Positions 38,010 through 47,049 of a stretch of DNA of 62,399 bases are shown one piece after another. Position 1 is the stretch's first letter, and each line of letters begins with the position of its first letter. The notes under the pieces are model-generated. The model saw only the letters and a list, made by a program, of their open reading frames with translations, had not been told where the DNA came from and ran no database searches. The DNA is from Thermomicrobiaceae bacterium (GTDB lineage Bacteria > Chloroflexota > Chloroflexia > Thermomicrobiales > Thermomicrobiaceae). Both the position numbers and the translations under genes were made by a program. Location: NCBI GenBank assembly GCA_035702805.1, contig DASSZN010000097.1:1-62399 (forward strand), in the 5' to 3' direction.

Positions 38010-38279
38010 GCCGCGCCCTCCTCCTGTCCCTGGGCGCACGCCCACGATGGCCCGCGCGTGTCCGCTCTCGCGCATGCACGCCCACCCGGGCACGATACCA
38101 GCACTGGGAGATCGTAGTATGATGGATGTGTCGCGGTGCGATGCAGCGCCATCGTGGCGTGCCTTGATTCCAGCTGACGCGTCGCCAGCCATGCCGGAGC
38201 GGTCGGATGGGTGACACCCGTGCCCACGCCCGCACCTGCACCTGGGTGCTCTGCGCGCCGGAGTGAGGGGGTAGCTCAA

Positions 38280-40466
38280 ATGGATGGGCCGGAGGCCCCA
38301 GTTCCCACCCGCCGTCCGCTGCTCGCGGCGGTCGGCCGCCGGCTGGCGTTCCTGCGGACCAGCGGCGAGGGGGGCATCGCCTCTCCGGGCTATCTCGGGC
38401 GCTGGATTATCTTCGGCCTGCTCCTTGGCATTGCGGCCGGCGTGGGCGCCATCATCTTCTACTGGCTGCTCGACACCTCTACCCACCTGTTCCTCGGCCA
38501 CCTGGCCGGCTACCTGCCGCCATCCCCGCGCTACGAAGGCAACCGCCCGATCGAGCCGCTCACTGCCCACAGTCGCTGGCTGCTACCGGGCGTCGTTGCG
38601 CTCGGCGCGCTGATCAGTGGACTGATCGTCTACTTCTTCGCCCCGGAGTCCAAGGGCGACGGTGCCGACGCCGCCGTGGAGGCCTTCCACCATCGCGGTG
38701 GACGCATCCGAGCGCGCATCCCGCCGTTCACGGCCCTCTCTGCGGCCATTACCCTCGGCGCCGGCGGCTCCGGCGGCCGCGAGGGTCCGACGGCCCAGAT
38801 CTCGGCCGGCTTCGGCTCGCTCATGGCCGACATCTTCCACCTCGACACCCGCGAGCGCCGCATCCTGATGGCGGCCGGCATCGGTGCCGGCATCGGTGCC
38901 GTCTTCCGCGCCCCGCTGGGCGGCGCGCTGCTGGCCGCCGAGATCCCCTACACGCACGACATGGAGGTCGAGGCGCTGATGCCGGCGCTGATCGCCTCGA
39001 TCGTGGGCTACTCGATCTACGGCGCCGTCTACGGCTACTACCCGCTGTTCGGCTATCTGAGCAATCCGAACGAGCTCGGCTTCACCAATCCGCTCCAACT
39101 CGTCTACTACGCGATCCTCGGCATCCTCTGCGGGGTCTTCGGCGTCCTCTACGCGAAGTTCTTCTACGCCACGAGCGACTTCTTCGACGAGCGCGTGGCG
39201 CTGCCGCGCTGGCTCAAGCCGGTCACCGGCGGCCTCCTCGTCGGCGCCATCGGCATGGCCCTGCCGGAGGTGCTCGGGACCGGCTACGGCTGGGCGCAGC
39301 TCACGCTGAGCCCCGCGATCATCACGACGCTGCCGCTCTGGATCATTATCATCCTGCCGTTCGCCAAGATCCTGGCGACCTCTCTCAGCGTCGGTTCCGG
39401 CGGCTCCGCCGGCCTCTTCGGCGCCGGCGTGGTGATCGGGGGTATGGTGGGCGCCGCCTTCTGGGCGTTGGGGCACACCGTTCTCCCCGGTATGCCCTCG
39501 AACCCCACTTCGTTCTCGGTCGTAGCGATGATGGCCCTCTTCGGCGGCATCGTGCATGCCCCCCTCGCCATCATGCTCATGGTCGCCGAGATGACCGGGA
39601 ACCTGTCGCTGCTGGCGCCGGCCATGCTGGCGGTGTTCGTCGCCTCGCTGATCGCCGGAGACACCACCATCTATCGGGCGCAGCTGCCGACGCGGGCCGA
39701 CTCGCCCGCCCACCGCTACCGCTACAGCTTCCCGCTCCTCGGCAGCCTGTCGGTCCGCGACGCCATGCGGCCGCTAACCCTCGTCCTGCGCGGGCGCATG
39801 TCCGTGTCGGAGGCCGAGCACGCGATGGCCCAGGTCAGCCTCCCCGGTGCGCCGGTCGTCGACGATGCGGGGCAGCTGTCCGGCGTGCTCACCCTCACCG
39901 ACGTCGAGCACGTTCCGCCCGACGACCGTGGAAACGTACCGGTCTCTCGCTCGATGACCCGGGACCCCGTCACGATCACGCCCGGGGCGTCGCTCGACCG
40001 CGCGCTCGACACGCTGGCGACGCACCAGGTGAGCTGGATGCCGGTGGTGGAGCCGCCCGACGACCACGTGGTCGGTACCGTCAGCGCCTCCAGCATCGTG
40101 CACGCCTATCGCGGCGCGCTCAACTGGACGGTCCACCGGCTGCGCGGAATCACCTCCGGGACGGTCCTGCTCGAGTCCCGCCTCGACTCCACCTCGCCGC
40201 TCGCCGGCAAGACGCTGCGGGACACCCGCCTGCCGCCGGAGACACTGGTGGTCTCGATCCAGCGCGAAGGCGCCACGATCATGCCGCGGGGCGACACCCG
40301 CCTGCTCCCGGGCGACCTGATGGTGATCATCACCAGCGAGGTGAGTGAGCCGCGCGTCCGGGAGTACCTGCAGGGCGCAACGCCGCTTTCGGATCTCGAC
40401 CCGGAGAACCTGACCGGTACGGCACGGGACGGCGCCGGAGCGAGTCGACCGCCGACGCCACGGTAG
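38280..40466 (+). CDS. ClC-family chloride channel/antiporter with tandem CBS and TrkA-C domains
   Basis: ATG at 38280. Motifs GGSGGREGP, GLFGAG. CBS pair (VRDAM..., VVDD...) and a C-terminal RCK_C-like segment. Confidence 0.8.
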   Translation: MDGPEAPVPTRRPLLAAVGRRLAFLRTSGEGGIASPGYLGRWIIFGLLLGIAAGVGAIIFYWLLDTSTHLFLGHLAGYLPPSPRYEGNRPIEPLTAHSRWLLPGVVALGALISGLIVYFFAPESKGDGADAAVEAFHHRGGRIRARIPPFTALSAAITLGAGGSGGREGPTAQISAGFGSLMADIFHLDTRERRILMAAGIGAGIGAVFRAPLGGALLAAEIPYTHDMEVEALMPALIASIVGYSIYGAVYGYYPLFGYLSNPNELGFTNPLQLVYYAILGILCGVFGVLYAKFFYATSDFFDERVALPRWLKPVTGGLLVGAIGMALPEVLGTGYGWAQLTLSPAIITTLPLWIIIILPFAKILATSLSVGSGGSAGLFGAGVVIGGMVGAAFWALGHTVLPGMPSNPTSFSVVAMMALFGGIVHAPLAIMLMVAEMTGNLSLLAPAMLAVFVASLIAGDTTIYRAQLPTRADSPAHRYRYSFPLLGSLSVRDAMRPLTLVLRGRMSVSEAEHAMAQVSLPGAPVVDDAGQLSGVLTLTDVEHVPPDDRGNVPVSRSMTRDPVTITPGASLDRALDTLATHQVSWMPVVEPPDDHVVGTVSASSIVHAYRGALNWTVHRLRGITSGTVLLESRLDSTSPLAGKTLRDTRLPPETLVVSIQREGATIMPRGDTRLLPGDLMVIITSEVSEPRVREYLQGATPLSDLDPENLTGTARDGAGASRPPTPR

Positions 40467-40484
40467 TGGACACAGGGGCGACGT

Positions 40485-41234
40485 TCAGGGGAGCGTGAGG
40501 ATCTCGGGACCGTTGTCGGTGATGGCGACAGTGTGCTCGAACTGGGCCGCTCTGCTACCGTCCACCGTCACGACCGTCCAGTGGTCGTCGAGCGTGCGCC
40601 ACTCCGGGCCACCGGCGGTGATCATCGGCTCGATGGTGATGACCAACCCCGGCCGCAGCAGCGGACCTCGCCCCGGGTCACCGTAGTGCGGCAGCATCGG
40701 CTCCTCATGCAGGGCGCGGCCGATCCCGTGGCCGTAGAGATCGCGCACCACCGAGAACCCCGCCGCCTCGACGTGGTGCTGCACGGCCGCCGAGATGTCG
40801 GTCAGTCGCCGTCCGGCGCGGGCTTGCTCGATCCCGAGGTCGAGCGACTCGCGGCAGACCGCGAGCAGCCGCGCCGTCTCGGCGTCGACCGCGCCGACCG
40901 CCACGGACACGGTGGCGTCGCCATAGAACCCGCGGTAACGCGCACCGACGTCCAGGCTGATGATGTCCCCGTCCGCCAGCGTGCGGCCCCCGGGAATGCC
41001 ATGCACGATCTCGTCGTCGACCGAGGCGCAGATGGTGGCCGGAAACCCACGGTAGCCCTTGTACGCTGGGGTCGCGCCGCGGCCGCGGATGTGACGCTCC
41101 GCGATGGCGTCCAGCTCAGCCGTCGTCACGCCGGGCCGCACCGCCGCCGCCAGGAGCTCCAGGGTCTCCCCGACGATCCGGCCGGCCTCACGCATGAGAG
41201 CGAGCTGTTCGGGCCGCTTGAGCTGCATGGTCAC
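40485..41234 (-). CDS. map: type I methionine aminopeptidase
   Basis: 249 aa. Motifs DIISLDVG, GHGIGRALHEEP, FEHTV. Confidence 0.9.
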   Translation of the reverse strand: MTMQLKRPEQLALMREAGRIVGETLELLAAAVRPGVTTAELDAIAERHIRGRGATPAYKGYRGFPATICASVDDEIVHGIPGGRTLADGDIISLDVGARYRGFYGDATVSVAVGAVDAETARLLAVCRESLDLGIEQARAGRRLTDISAAVQHHVEAAGFSVVRDLYGHGIGRALHEEPMLPHYGDPGRGPLLRPGLVITIEPMITAGGPEWRTLDDHWTVVTVDGSRAAQFEHTVAITDNGPEILTLP

Positions 41235-41323
41235 GATGGCGTCTTCCTGCTGAACCCGTTCCCGCCGCGGCGAGACGTCAACCTGCTCATTCTACCAACT
41301 CGTGCTTCGCGTCGGCCGGCGTG

Positions 41324-41713
41324 TCAGCGCACGGTCGGGTCACCATCGAGGGCTCGCCGCAGGTGCAGGTGCACGTCGGCCAGCAGCGCGTCGATATCAA
41401 ACGGCTTGCCGACGAGGCCGTCCGCGGGCAACTGCGCCGCCGCCATGCGCAGGTTGACGCCGGCCGACATGGCGATGATCTGGATCCAGTCGGTGGTCGG
41501 ATCGCCCTTCAACGTGCGGGTCGCGGTGATCCCGTCGACGTAGGGCATCATCAAGTCCATCAGGATCACGTGGGGTTGGCGCGCCTGCGCCGCCGCGATC
41601 GCCGCCCGGCCGTCCGGGGCTGTGTAGACCTCGTATCCTTCGTCGCTGAGCAACTCGTCGAGCAGGTCACGAATTGCCGGGTCGTCGTCCACCACAAGGA
41701 TGCGTCCCACCAT
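41324..41713 (-). CDS. stand-alone CheY-like receiver protein
   Basis: Motifs ILVVDDDP, ILMDLMMPYVDG, KPF. No output domain. Confidence 0.85.
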   Translation of the reverse strand: MVGRILVVDDDPAIRDLLDELLSDEGYEVYTAPDGRAAIAAAQARQPHVILMDLMMPYVDGITATRTLKGDPTTDWIQIIAMSAGVNLRMAAAQLPADGLVGKPFDIDALLADVHLHLRRALDGDPTVR

Positions 41714-41841
41714 CGGCGGCGTCCACTCTCCCCTTCACCGCGCTCACGCGACCACGATCTGCTCGCAGCAGCACCTTGCGTGCCGCGACCTTCGCGCAGT
41801 GTCCGGGTCGATCGCCGGTTCGCCCGGCACGACGCGTCGTC

Positions 41842-41851
41842 AACATATGTT
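41842..41851. promoter_or_regulatory. perfect palindrome AACATATGTT in an AT-rich island (possible operator)
   Basis: Read directly. Followed by ATGTCATAG. Lies between divergent genes. Confidence 0.3.
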
Positions 41852-41913
41852 ATGTCATAGTCTACCGCGCCCTGACATGCGCCAGACTGCCGGACGCCGC
41901 CCGCGTCCGCGTC

Positions 41914-41942
41914 GTGACGTCGGGCCACCGGTCGCGTACAAT
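41914..41942 (+). promoter_or_regulatory. candidate promoter GTGACG-17-TACAAT
   Basis: Upstream of the 42011 gene. The predicted leader is about 60 nt. Confidence 0.35.
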
Positions 41943-42010
41943 CGCGCGGTGGCCTGGCGCGGGTCACCCCTGCCGGGACTCGGCGGGGCGGCGGGGGCGT
42001 GGAGGTTGAC

Positions 42011-42433
42011 ATGGTCCGACTCTTTGCGCGGCGAAAGTCCACGGCACCGTACCGCCACGTGCGCGACACGCCATCCTGGCCGGGTGCGTACCTCTTCACA
42101 CTGCGCTCGGTCCCCCGCCACTACGAGGTGATCCGGGAGACCATCGACTCCACCGGCGACGCGCGTGTGTGGTTCGGCGAGGCGCTCGCCTACATCCACG
42201 GCAAGGGCGTCTCCCTGTTTCGCGTCGAGGCCACCGGCTTCACCTGGCTGCCGGAACTGTACGGGCGCTGGCACGCGATCGAGCGCGAGGAGGCCTTCCC
42301 CTTCGAGATCGACCTCTACGTCAATAACGTGCAGTGGGCAGCCAACCTCCGCAACCGCCCGCCAGAGGAGATTGAGGCGATCATCCGCGACAACGCGCCG
42401 CGCTACGATCCGGCCGCGCGTCGCATCCCCTGA
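42011..42433 (+). CDS. hypothetical protein (140 aa)
   Basis: ATG at 42011 with GGAGG 5 nt upstream. Good GC3. No family recognised. Confidence 0.5.
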   Translation: MVRLFARRKSTAPYRHVRDTPSWPGAYLFTLRSVPRHYEVIRETIDSTGDARVWFGEALAYIHGKGVSLFRVEATGFTWLPELYGRWHAIEREEAFPFEIDLYVNNVQWAANLRNRPPEEIEAIIRDNAPRYDPAARRIP

Positions 42434-42457
42434 TACGCGCCGGCCGCCGGTCGCGGA

Positions 42458-43762
42458 TCACGCCATGCCGCCGATCGACGGCATGACCAGCGCTTCCCAG
42501 CGCCGCGCGACCTCGTCCCGCAACCGCTCACTCGTGACCAGACGGATCAATCGCCGGTGGTCCTCGTAGCGCTTCAGGTCGACGTCCCCCAGCCCCACGA
42601 CCTCGTTCCACGGCATCAGCGAGCGGAAGCCGACTGGCGGACGGTCGAACCAGACCCAGACGTCGGTCCGCCAGCGCTCCGGCTTCGGGATGTCGATCAG
42701 CACCTCGTGCGCGCCGACCTCGGTCCCCAGCATCGCCTCCAACCGCCGCGCCATGTCCAGCTCGACGCGCCTCCGCTCGGCCGGGTTCCCGTACAGTCGG
42801 TCGAGGCGGTGGTACAGGTCACCCGCCCGCGCGCCGAACTCGACCGCCCGCTTGTGCAGGCGACGCGTGTTGAGGCTGTCGACCAGCGCCCGCGTCGTCG
42901 CAGGCATCGCGACGTCACCAAGCGCCCGCGTCAGCGAGTCGTCGTCGTGGGTCGTGAGCGCGGCCGGCTCGATCCGTCCGGCCAGCAGCGCGTCCTGCAC
43001 GGCGCGCAGCAGCATCACCATGCACGCGCGGTTCGTGTGGTGCCAGTAAACGTTATCGAACATCTCCTGCCGCGCGTTGATCAGCGAGTGGAGCGGGCTG
43101 ATCCCCTTCTCGTCGATCACCAGCCGGCAGCGTCCCTCGACCTCCCGCACGCGCAGCGCGTCGAGCAGTCGCGGTGCGTCCACGCCGCCGTAGGGCACGT
43201 TGCAGTGCTTGGCGTCCCGTGGCAGGTAGTCCAGCTTGTCGACGTCGAGCGCGCCGCTCAGGACCCCGCGGAGCACGCGGTCGGGCAGCGGCAGCTCACC
43301 GGGTGGGTCGATGAACGACGCCACCCGGCCCGGGTCCACCTGCCAGTCGCGCTCGAGCACCCCGGCGACCTCCGATCCCTCGATGACCCGCCGGCCGACG
43401 GTCTCGTGCGGCAGGATAGGCGGTCCCAGCTCCTCGATGGCATGGCTGAACGGGTAGTGGCCGATGTCGTGCAGCAGCGACGCCGCCAGGGCGGTACGGG
43501 CGGCCTGGTCGTCCACCGACGCCGCGGCCGGCTCCCGCCGGATCGCCGCGACGGCCTGACGCATCAGGTGGAACACGCCCAGGGAATGCTCGAAGCGCGT
43601 GTGCTTGGCGCCCGGCCAGACCTTGCTCACGAAGCCGAGCTGCTGGATGTGGTCAAGCCGCAGGAAGGCCGGCGTCTCGATCAGCGCCACGTCCCCGGCG
43701 CTCAGCGGAATCCGGTCGTACAGGCTATCCCGGATCGTCGTCGCCCAGTCTGTCTCCACCAC
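42458..43762 (-). CDS. HD-domain phosphohydrolase (dNTP triphosphohydrolase-like)
   Basis: Motifs RFEHSLGVFHL, LLHDIGHYPFSH, DKLDYLPRD. Confidence 0.75.
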   Translation of the reverse strand: MVETDWATTIRDSLYDRIPLSAGDVALIETPAFLRLDHIQQLGFVSKVWPGAKHTRFEHSLGVFHLMRQAVAAIRREPAAASVDDQAARTALAASLLHDIGHYPFSHAIEELGPPILPHETVGRRVIEGSEVAGVLERDWQVDPGRVASFIDPPGELPLPDRVLRGVLSGALDVDKLDYLPRDAKHCNVPYGGVDAPRLLDALRVREVEGRCRLVIDEKGISPLHSLINARQEMFDNVYWHHTNRACMVMLLRAVQDALLAGRIEPAALTTHDDDSLTRALGDVAMPATTRALVDSLNTRRLHKRAVEFGARAGDLYHRLDRLYGNPAERRRVELDMARRLEAMLGTEVGAHEVLIDIPKPERWRTDVWVWFDRPPVGFRSLMPWNEVVGLGDVDLKRYEDHRRLIRLVTSERLRDEVARRWEALVMPSIGGMA

Positions 43763-43895
43763 GCGCTCCTCTACGCGCCCGTCGCCGCCGAATCGATTCT
43801 ACCCGAACCGATGTTCGCCTGCGCGGCCGGAGGCCGTGCCGGTGCTACACTGCAGGTTGGGCTCGTGGCGGGAACGCCGGTTCCTGGAGGAGAAG

Positions 43896-44816
43896 ATGTC
43901 GCTGTTCCGGAGTGGGATGATCGCGGTCGCGCAGAACCGGCTGGTCAGCCGCGTGGTGACGCAGAACGGCGTGTCCAAGGGCTTTGCCCTGCGCTTCATC
44001 GCCGGGGAGACCCTGGACGACGCGATGAGCGTCGCGTCCGACCTCAACCACCGGGGCCTCAAGGTCACGCTGGATAAGCTCGGCGAGAACGTGCGCCGCG
44101 AGACGGCCGCCGAGGACGCCGCCGCGAGCTACATCGCCATGCTCGACCGCATCGCCGCGGCCGGGGTCGAGAGCACCATCTCGATCAAGCTCACCATGCT
44201 CGGACTCGACCTCTCCGACGAACTGTGCCGGCAGCACACCGTCGCCGTGCTCGACCGCGCCAGGACCCACGGGATCTTCGTGCGCATCGACATGGAGGGG
44301 TCGCCTTACACGCAGCGCACGCTCGACCTCGCTTACGCCCTCCTCCCGGACTACCCCCAGACGGTCGGCATCGTCCTGCAGTCGTACCTGTACCGGACCG
44401 ATCGGGACGTGCGCGAGGCGGTCGCGCGCGGCATCCGCGTCCGCCTGGTCAAGGGTGCCTACGCCGAGCCGCCTACCATTGCCTACCAGTCCAAGGCGGA
44501 CGTCGACGCCGCCTACCGCCGTCAGGTCGAACGCCTGCTCGAGGGCGGCAACTACCCCGCCATCGCTACCCACGACCCGGAGATCGTCGAGTTCACCGAG
44601 CGCCATGCCGCGCACGAGGGCATCGACCGGTCGCGGTTCGAGTTTCAGCTTCTCTACGGCATCCGTCGCGACCTCCAGGAGCGGTTGGTTCAGGAGGGCT
44701 ACAACGTCCGCGTCTACGTGCCGTTTGGCTCGCAGTGGTACCCCTACTTCGTGCGGCGGATGGCCGAGCGGCCGGCCAACCTCCTCTTCGTCGCGCGCAA
44801 CGTCCTGCGCCCCTGA
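43896..44816 (+). CDS. proline dehydrogenase (monofunctional)
   Basis: ATG at 43896 with GGAGGAGAAG upstream. Motifs ISIKLT, RIDMEGS, RLVKGAY, and the FQLLYGI tail. Confidence 0.85.
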   Translation: MSLFRSGMIAVAQNRLVSRVVTQNGVSKGFALRFIAGETLDDAMSVASDLNHRGLKVTLDKLGENVRRETAAEDAAASYIAMLDRIAAAGVESTISIKLTMLGLDLSDELCRQHTVAVLDRARTHGIFVRIDMEGSPYTQRTLDLAYALLPDYPQTVGIVLQSYLYRTDRDVREAVARGIRVRLVKGAYAEPPTIAYQSKADVDAAYRRQVERLLEGGNYPAIATHDPEIVEFTERHAAHEGIDRSRFEFQLLYGIRRDLQERLVQEGYNVRVYVPFGSQWYPYFVRRMAERPANLLFVARNVLRP

Positions 44817-44841
44817 CACGACCCGGCATGCCGAGGAGGGG

Positions 44842-45798
44842 GTGAGCAACACGGTGCCCCGCGCCACCGTCGGCCGCGACACGTTCGACCCGGCGCGCCT
44901 GGCCGAGTTCTGGTGGTTCGTCTGCGAGCGGCAGGCGATCTGGCACCGGCGGTGCGTCGAGCGGCAGCCGCCGCCGTGGACCGATGACCCCGTGCTGCGA
45001 GGCACGCGCTTCACCAACGTCTACCGCGAGCTCGACCCGGGCACTTGCTACACCATCCTCGAGATCCTCGAGCGCGACGCCCCCGAGCCAGACCGCGTCT
45101 TCAACGTCATGCTCTACCGCCTGATCGGCCGCGCGCAGACACACGCCGCGCTCGGGTTTCAGGAGCTCGCCAGGTTCGACGCGGGGCGTCTCGCTACCGG
45201 TCTCCAGGCAATTCGCGCGTCCGGCGCCCCGCCGTTCACCGCCGCCTATACCGTGAGCGCCTACCGGTCGATGGGCTCTGCGGACAAGTGCGAGAACGTG
45301 GCCCGGCTGTTTGGCCGGCTCGCCGAGGACTTCACCGGCTTCCATGCGCGGCTGATTGCCGCCGCGTCGCCGTCTGCAGCCCACGGCGTGCTGGGCTCGC
45401 CGTACGGCTTAGGCAACTTCCTCGCCTACCAGGTGTTCGTCGACCTGACCTACCCGCTCGCGCCCGATGGCCGGGGCGTCCTGCCGTTCTCGCAGGACGA
45501 CTGGGCGAGCGCCGGACCGGGCGCCCGGCGCGGCATCGCGGCGCTAACCGGGAGCAGGGAGGGAATCGATGACCTGGCGGTGATGCGCCGGCTGCGCGAC
45601 GAGCAACAGGCCGAGTTTGACCGCCTGGGTCTGTGCTTCCGGGCGCTGCGGGACGCGTCGGGCGGGCCGGTGCCGCTGACGCTGGCGAACATCCAGAACT
45701 GCCTGTGCGAGTTCCACAAGTACGTCAAGATCCGAGCGGGTACCGGACGCGGACGGCGCCGGTTCGAGGCAGGCCCGGCGACCGCGGCGGCGAGGTAG
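44842..45798 (+). CDS. homologue of the helical-domain family found in phage thymidine-hypermodification enzymes (5-hmdU DNA kinase / aGPT-pyrophosphorylase-like), function unknown
   Basis: N-terminal motif FWWFVCERQAIWHRR...PPWTDDPVLRGTRFTNVYRELDPGT recalled from that family. No Walker A seen. Start is GTG 44842 or GTG 44854. Confidence 0.45.
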   Translation: MSNTVPRATVGRDTFDPARLAEFWWFVCERQAIWHRRCVERQPPPWTDDPVLRGTRFTNVYRELDPGTCYTILEILERDAPEPDRVFNVMLYRLIGRAQTHAALGFQELARFDAGRLATGLQAIRASGAPPFTAAYTVSAYRSMGSADKCENVARLFGRLAEDFTGFHARLIAAASPSAAHGVLGSPYGLGNFLAYQVFVDLTYPLAPDGRGVLPFSQDDWASAGPGARRGIAALTGSREGIDDLAVMRRLRDEQQAEFDRLGLCFRALRDASGGPVPLTLANIQNCLCEFHKYVKIRAGTGRGRRRFEAGPATAAAR

Positions 45799-45811
45799 CG
45801 CCCCAGCGCGC

Positions 45812-46072
45812 TCAGCGGGTTCGGGGGGTCATGTAGATCCGGACGCCCGCCTCCGAGAGGCGGTTCAGCATGCGGACCCGCGTCTCGAGCCCGATCCGCC
45901 CCATCGGCACGAGCATCCGCACGCCGCCGAGGTCCGCCTTCGCCTTGATCCAGTCCCGGAACTGGCGGTCGGTCATCTCTGCCGCCGTCACGTTGATGCG
46001 GGTGCCGGCGAGCGGGCCCGGAATGACCACGTAGATGCGGTTCAGGTCCGCCAGGGTGATCTCATCCGCCAA
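45812..46072 (-). CDS. small hypothetical protein (86 aa), translationally coupled to the TerC-family gene
   Basis: TTG start 2 nt after the upstream TAG, with AGGAAGGGG 6 nt upstream. High GC3. The track merges it into a 339-aa artefact. Confidence 0.45.
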   Translation of the reverse strand: MADEITLADLNRIYVVIPGPLAGTRINVTAAEMTDRQFRDWIKAKADLGGVRMLVPMGRIGLETRVRMLNRLSEAGVRIYMTPRTR

Positions 46073-46074
46073 GG

Positions 46075-46809
46075 CTAGCCCCTTCCTGCGCCCTCGTGCC
46101 CACCGGATGGTACTCCGAGCGCCTGATGTCGCGAACCCGCGTCGCGACGGGCGTCCCGGCGACGCCGCAACGTCGGCACGAGGACGGCCAGCGTCATCAC
46201 GGTCGCCAGCGCCACCAGCAGTGCCAGGTGTGCGGCCCCGGTCACCGCCGCCACGACGATCGGATCGTCGACGACCATGCGGGCAGCCGTGATCGTGAGC
46301 ACGACCGATCCGAGGATCGTCAGCCAGGGGAAGCGATTCATGAGCCGCGCGAGGAGGCTGCTCCCGACCAGGATGAGCGGCATCGACAGGACCAGACCCA
46401 GGATCAGCAGTTCGATGCTGCCGTGGGCCGCCCCGCCGATGGCGAGGATGTTGTCCAGGCTCATGACGAGGTCGGCCACGATGATCGTGCGCACGGCGGT
46501 CAGCAGCGATTCGGTCGCGTCGATCTGGCGAGCGCCCTCGTCCTCGTCGCGGAGCAGCCGGTAGGCGATCCAGGTCAGCACCAGCCCGCCGACCCCCTCG
46601 AGAAACGGCACGCCGAGCAGGAGGACCGCCACCGCCGTGAAGCCGATGCGCAGCACGATCGCTCCGGCGCCACCGAGCACGATGGCCCAGCGTCGCTGTC
46701 GCGGCAGCAGCCGGTGCGAGGCCATGCCGATGACCAGCGCGTTGTCGCCGCTGAGCACGATGTTGATGACCACGATGCTGAGGATGCTGGCGATGAGGTT
46801 CCAGGACAT
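46075..46809 (-). CDS. TerC-family integral membrane protein
   Basis: ATG at 46809 (MSWNLIASILS). Duplicated SGDNALVIG / SLDNILAIG motifs. Confidence 0.8.
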   Translation of the reverse strand: MSWNLIASILSIVVINIVLSGDNALVIGMASHRLLPRQRRWAIVLGGAGAIVLRIGFTAVAVLLLGVPFLEGVGGLVLTWIAYRLLRDEDEGARQIDATESLLTAVRTIIVADLVMSLDNILAIGGAAHGSIELLILGLVLSMPLILVGSSLLARLMNRFPWLTILGSVVLTITAARMVVDDPIVVAAVTGAAHLALLVALATVMTLAVLVPTLRRRRDARRDAGSRHQALGVPSGGHEGAGRG

Positions 46810-47049
46810 GGCGGGTGGGAATCGCTTCCATTCGCGCGAGCCGGGCGGCCCCATGGGCGCGGCCGCGTCACCGCGCGGGACCATCTTAGCACTGCGCGGC
46901 GGCCGGCTTCCGCGTCTCCCGCCGTCCCGCGAACGAGCGCTGACGCTCGGCACGAGCGCCCGCGGCGAACAGACCGAAATCCTGTGCTATGATCGCCGCG
47001 CCCGGCGCAGCCGGGGTGCCAGATCGTCGGGGAAGAGAGAGGACACAGG

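Noticed and set aside
38010-38279. Possible fluoride (crcB-motif) riboswitch upstream of the ClC gene. The segment GGTGCGATGCAGCGCC...CTTGATTCC looked superficially similar.
   Set aside because: The loop is too short, the second stem is not credible and the pseudoknot-forming bases do not pair. The ClC also has the CBS/TrkA-C architecture of ordinary ClC proteins rather than ClC-F.
46810-47049. Possible yybP-ykoY (Mn2+) riboswitch upstream of the TerC-family gene.
   Set aside because: I read the minus-strand leader and could not find the conserved GGGGAGUAG and paired L1/L3 elements. It has only generic GC-rich hairpins. It would need cmscan to exclude fully.
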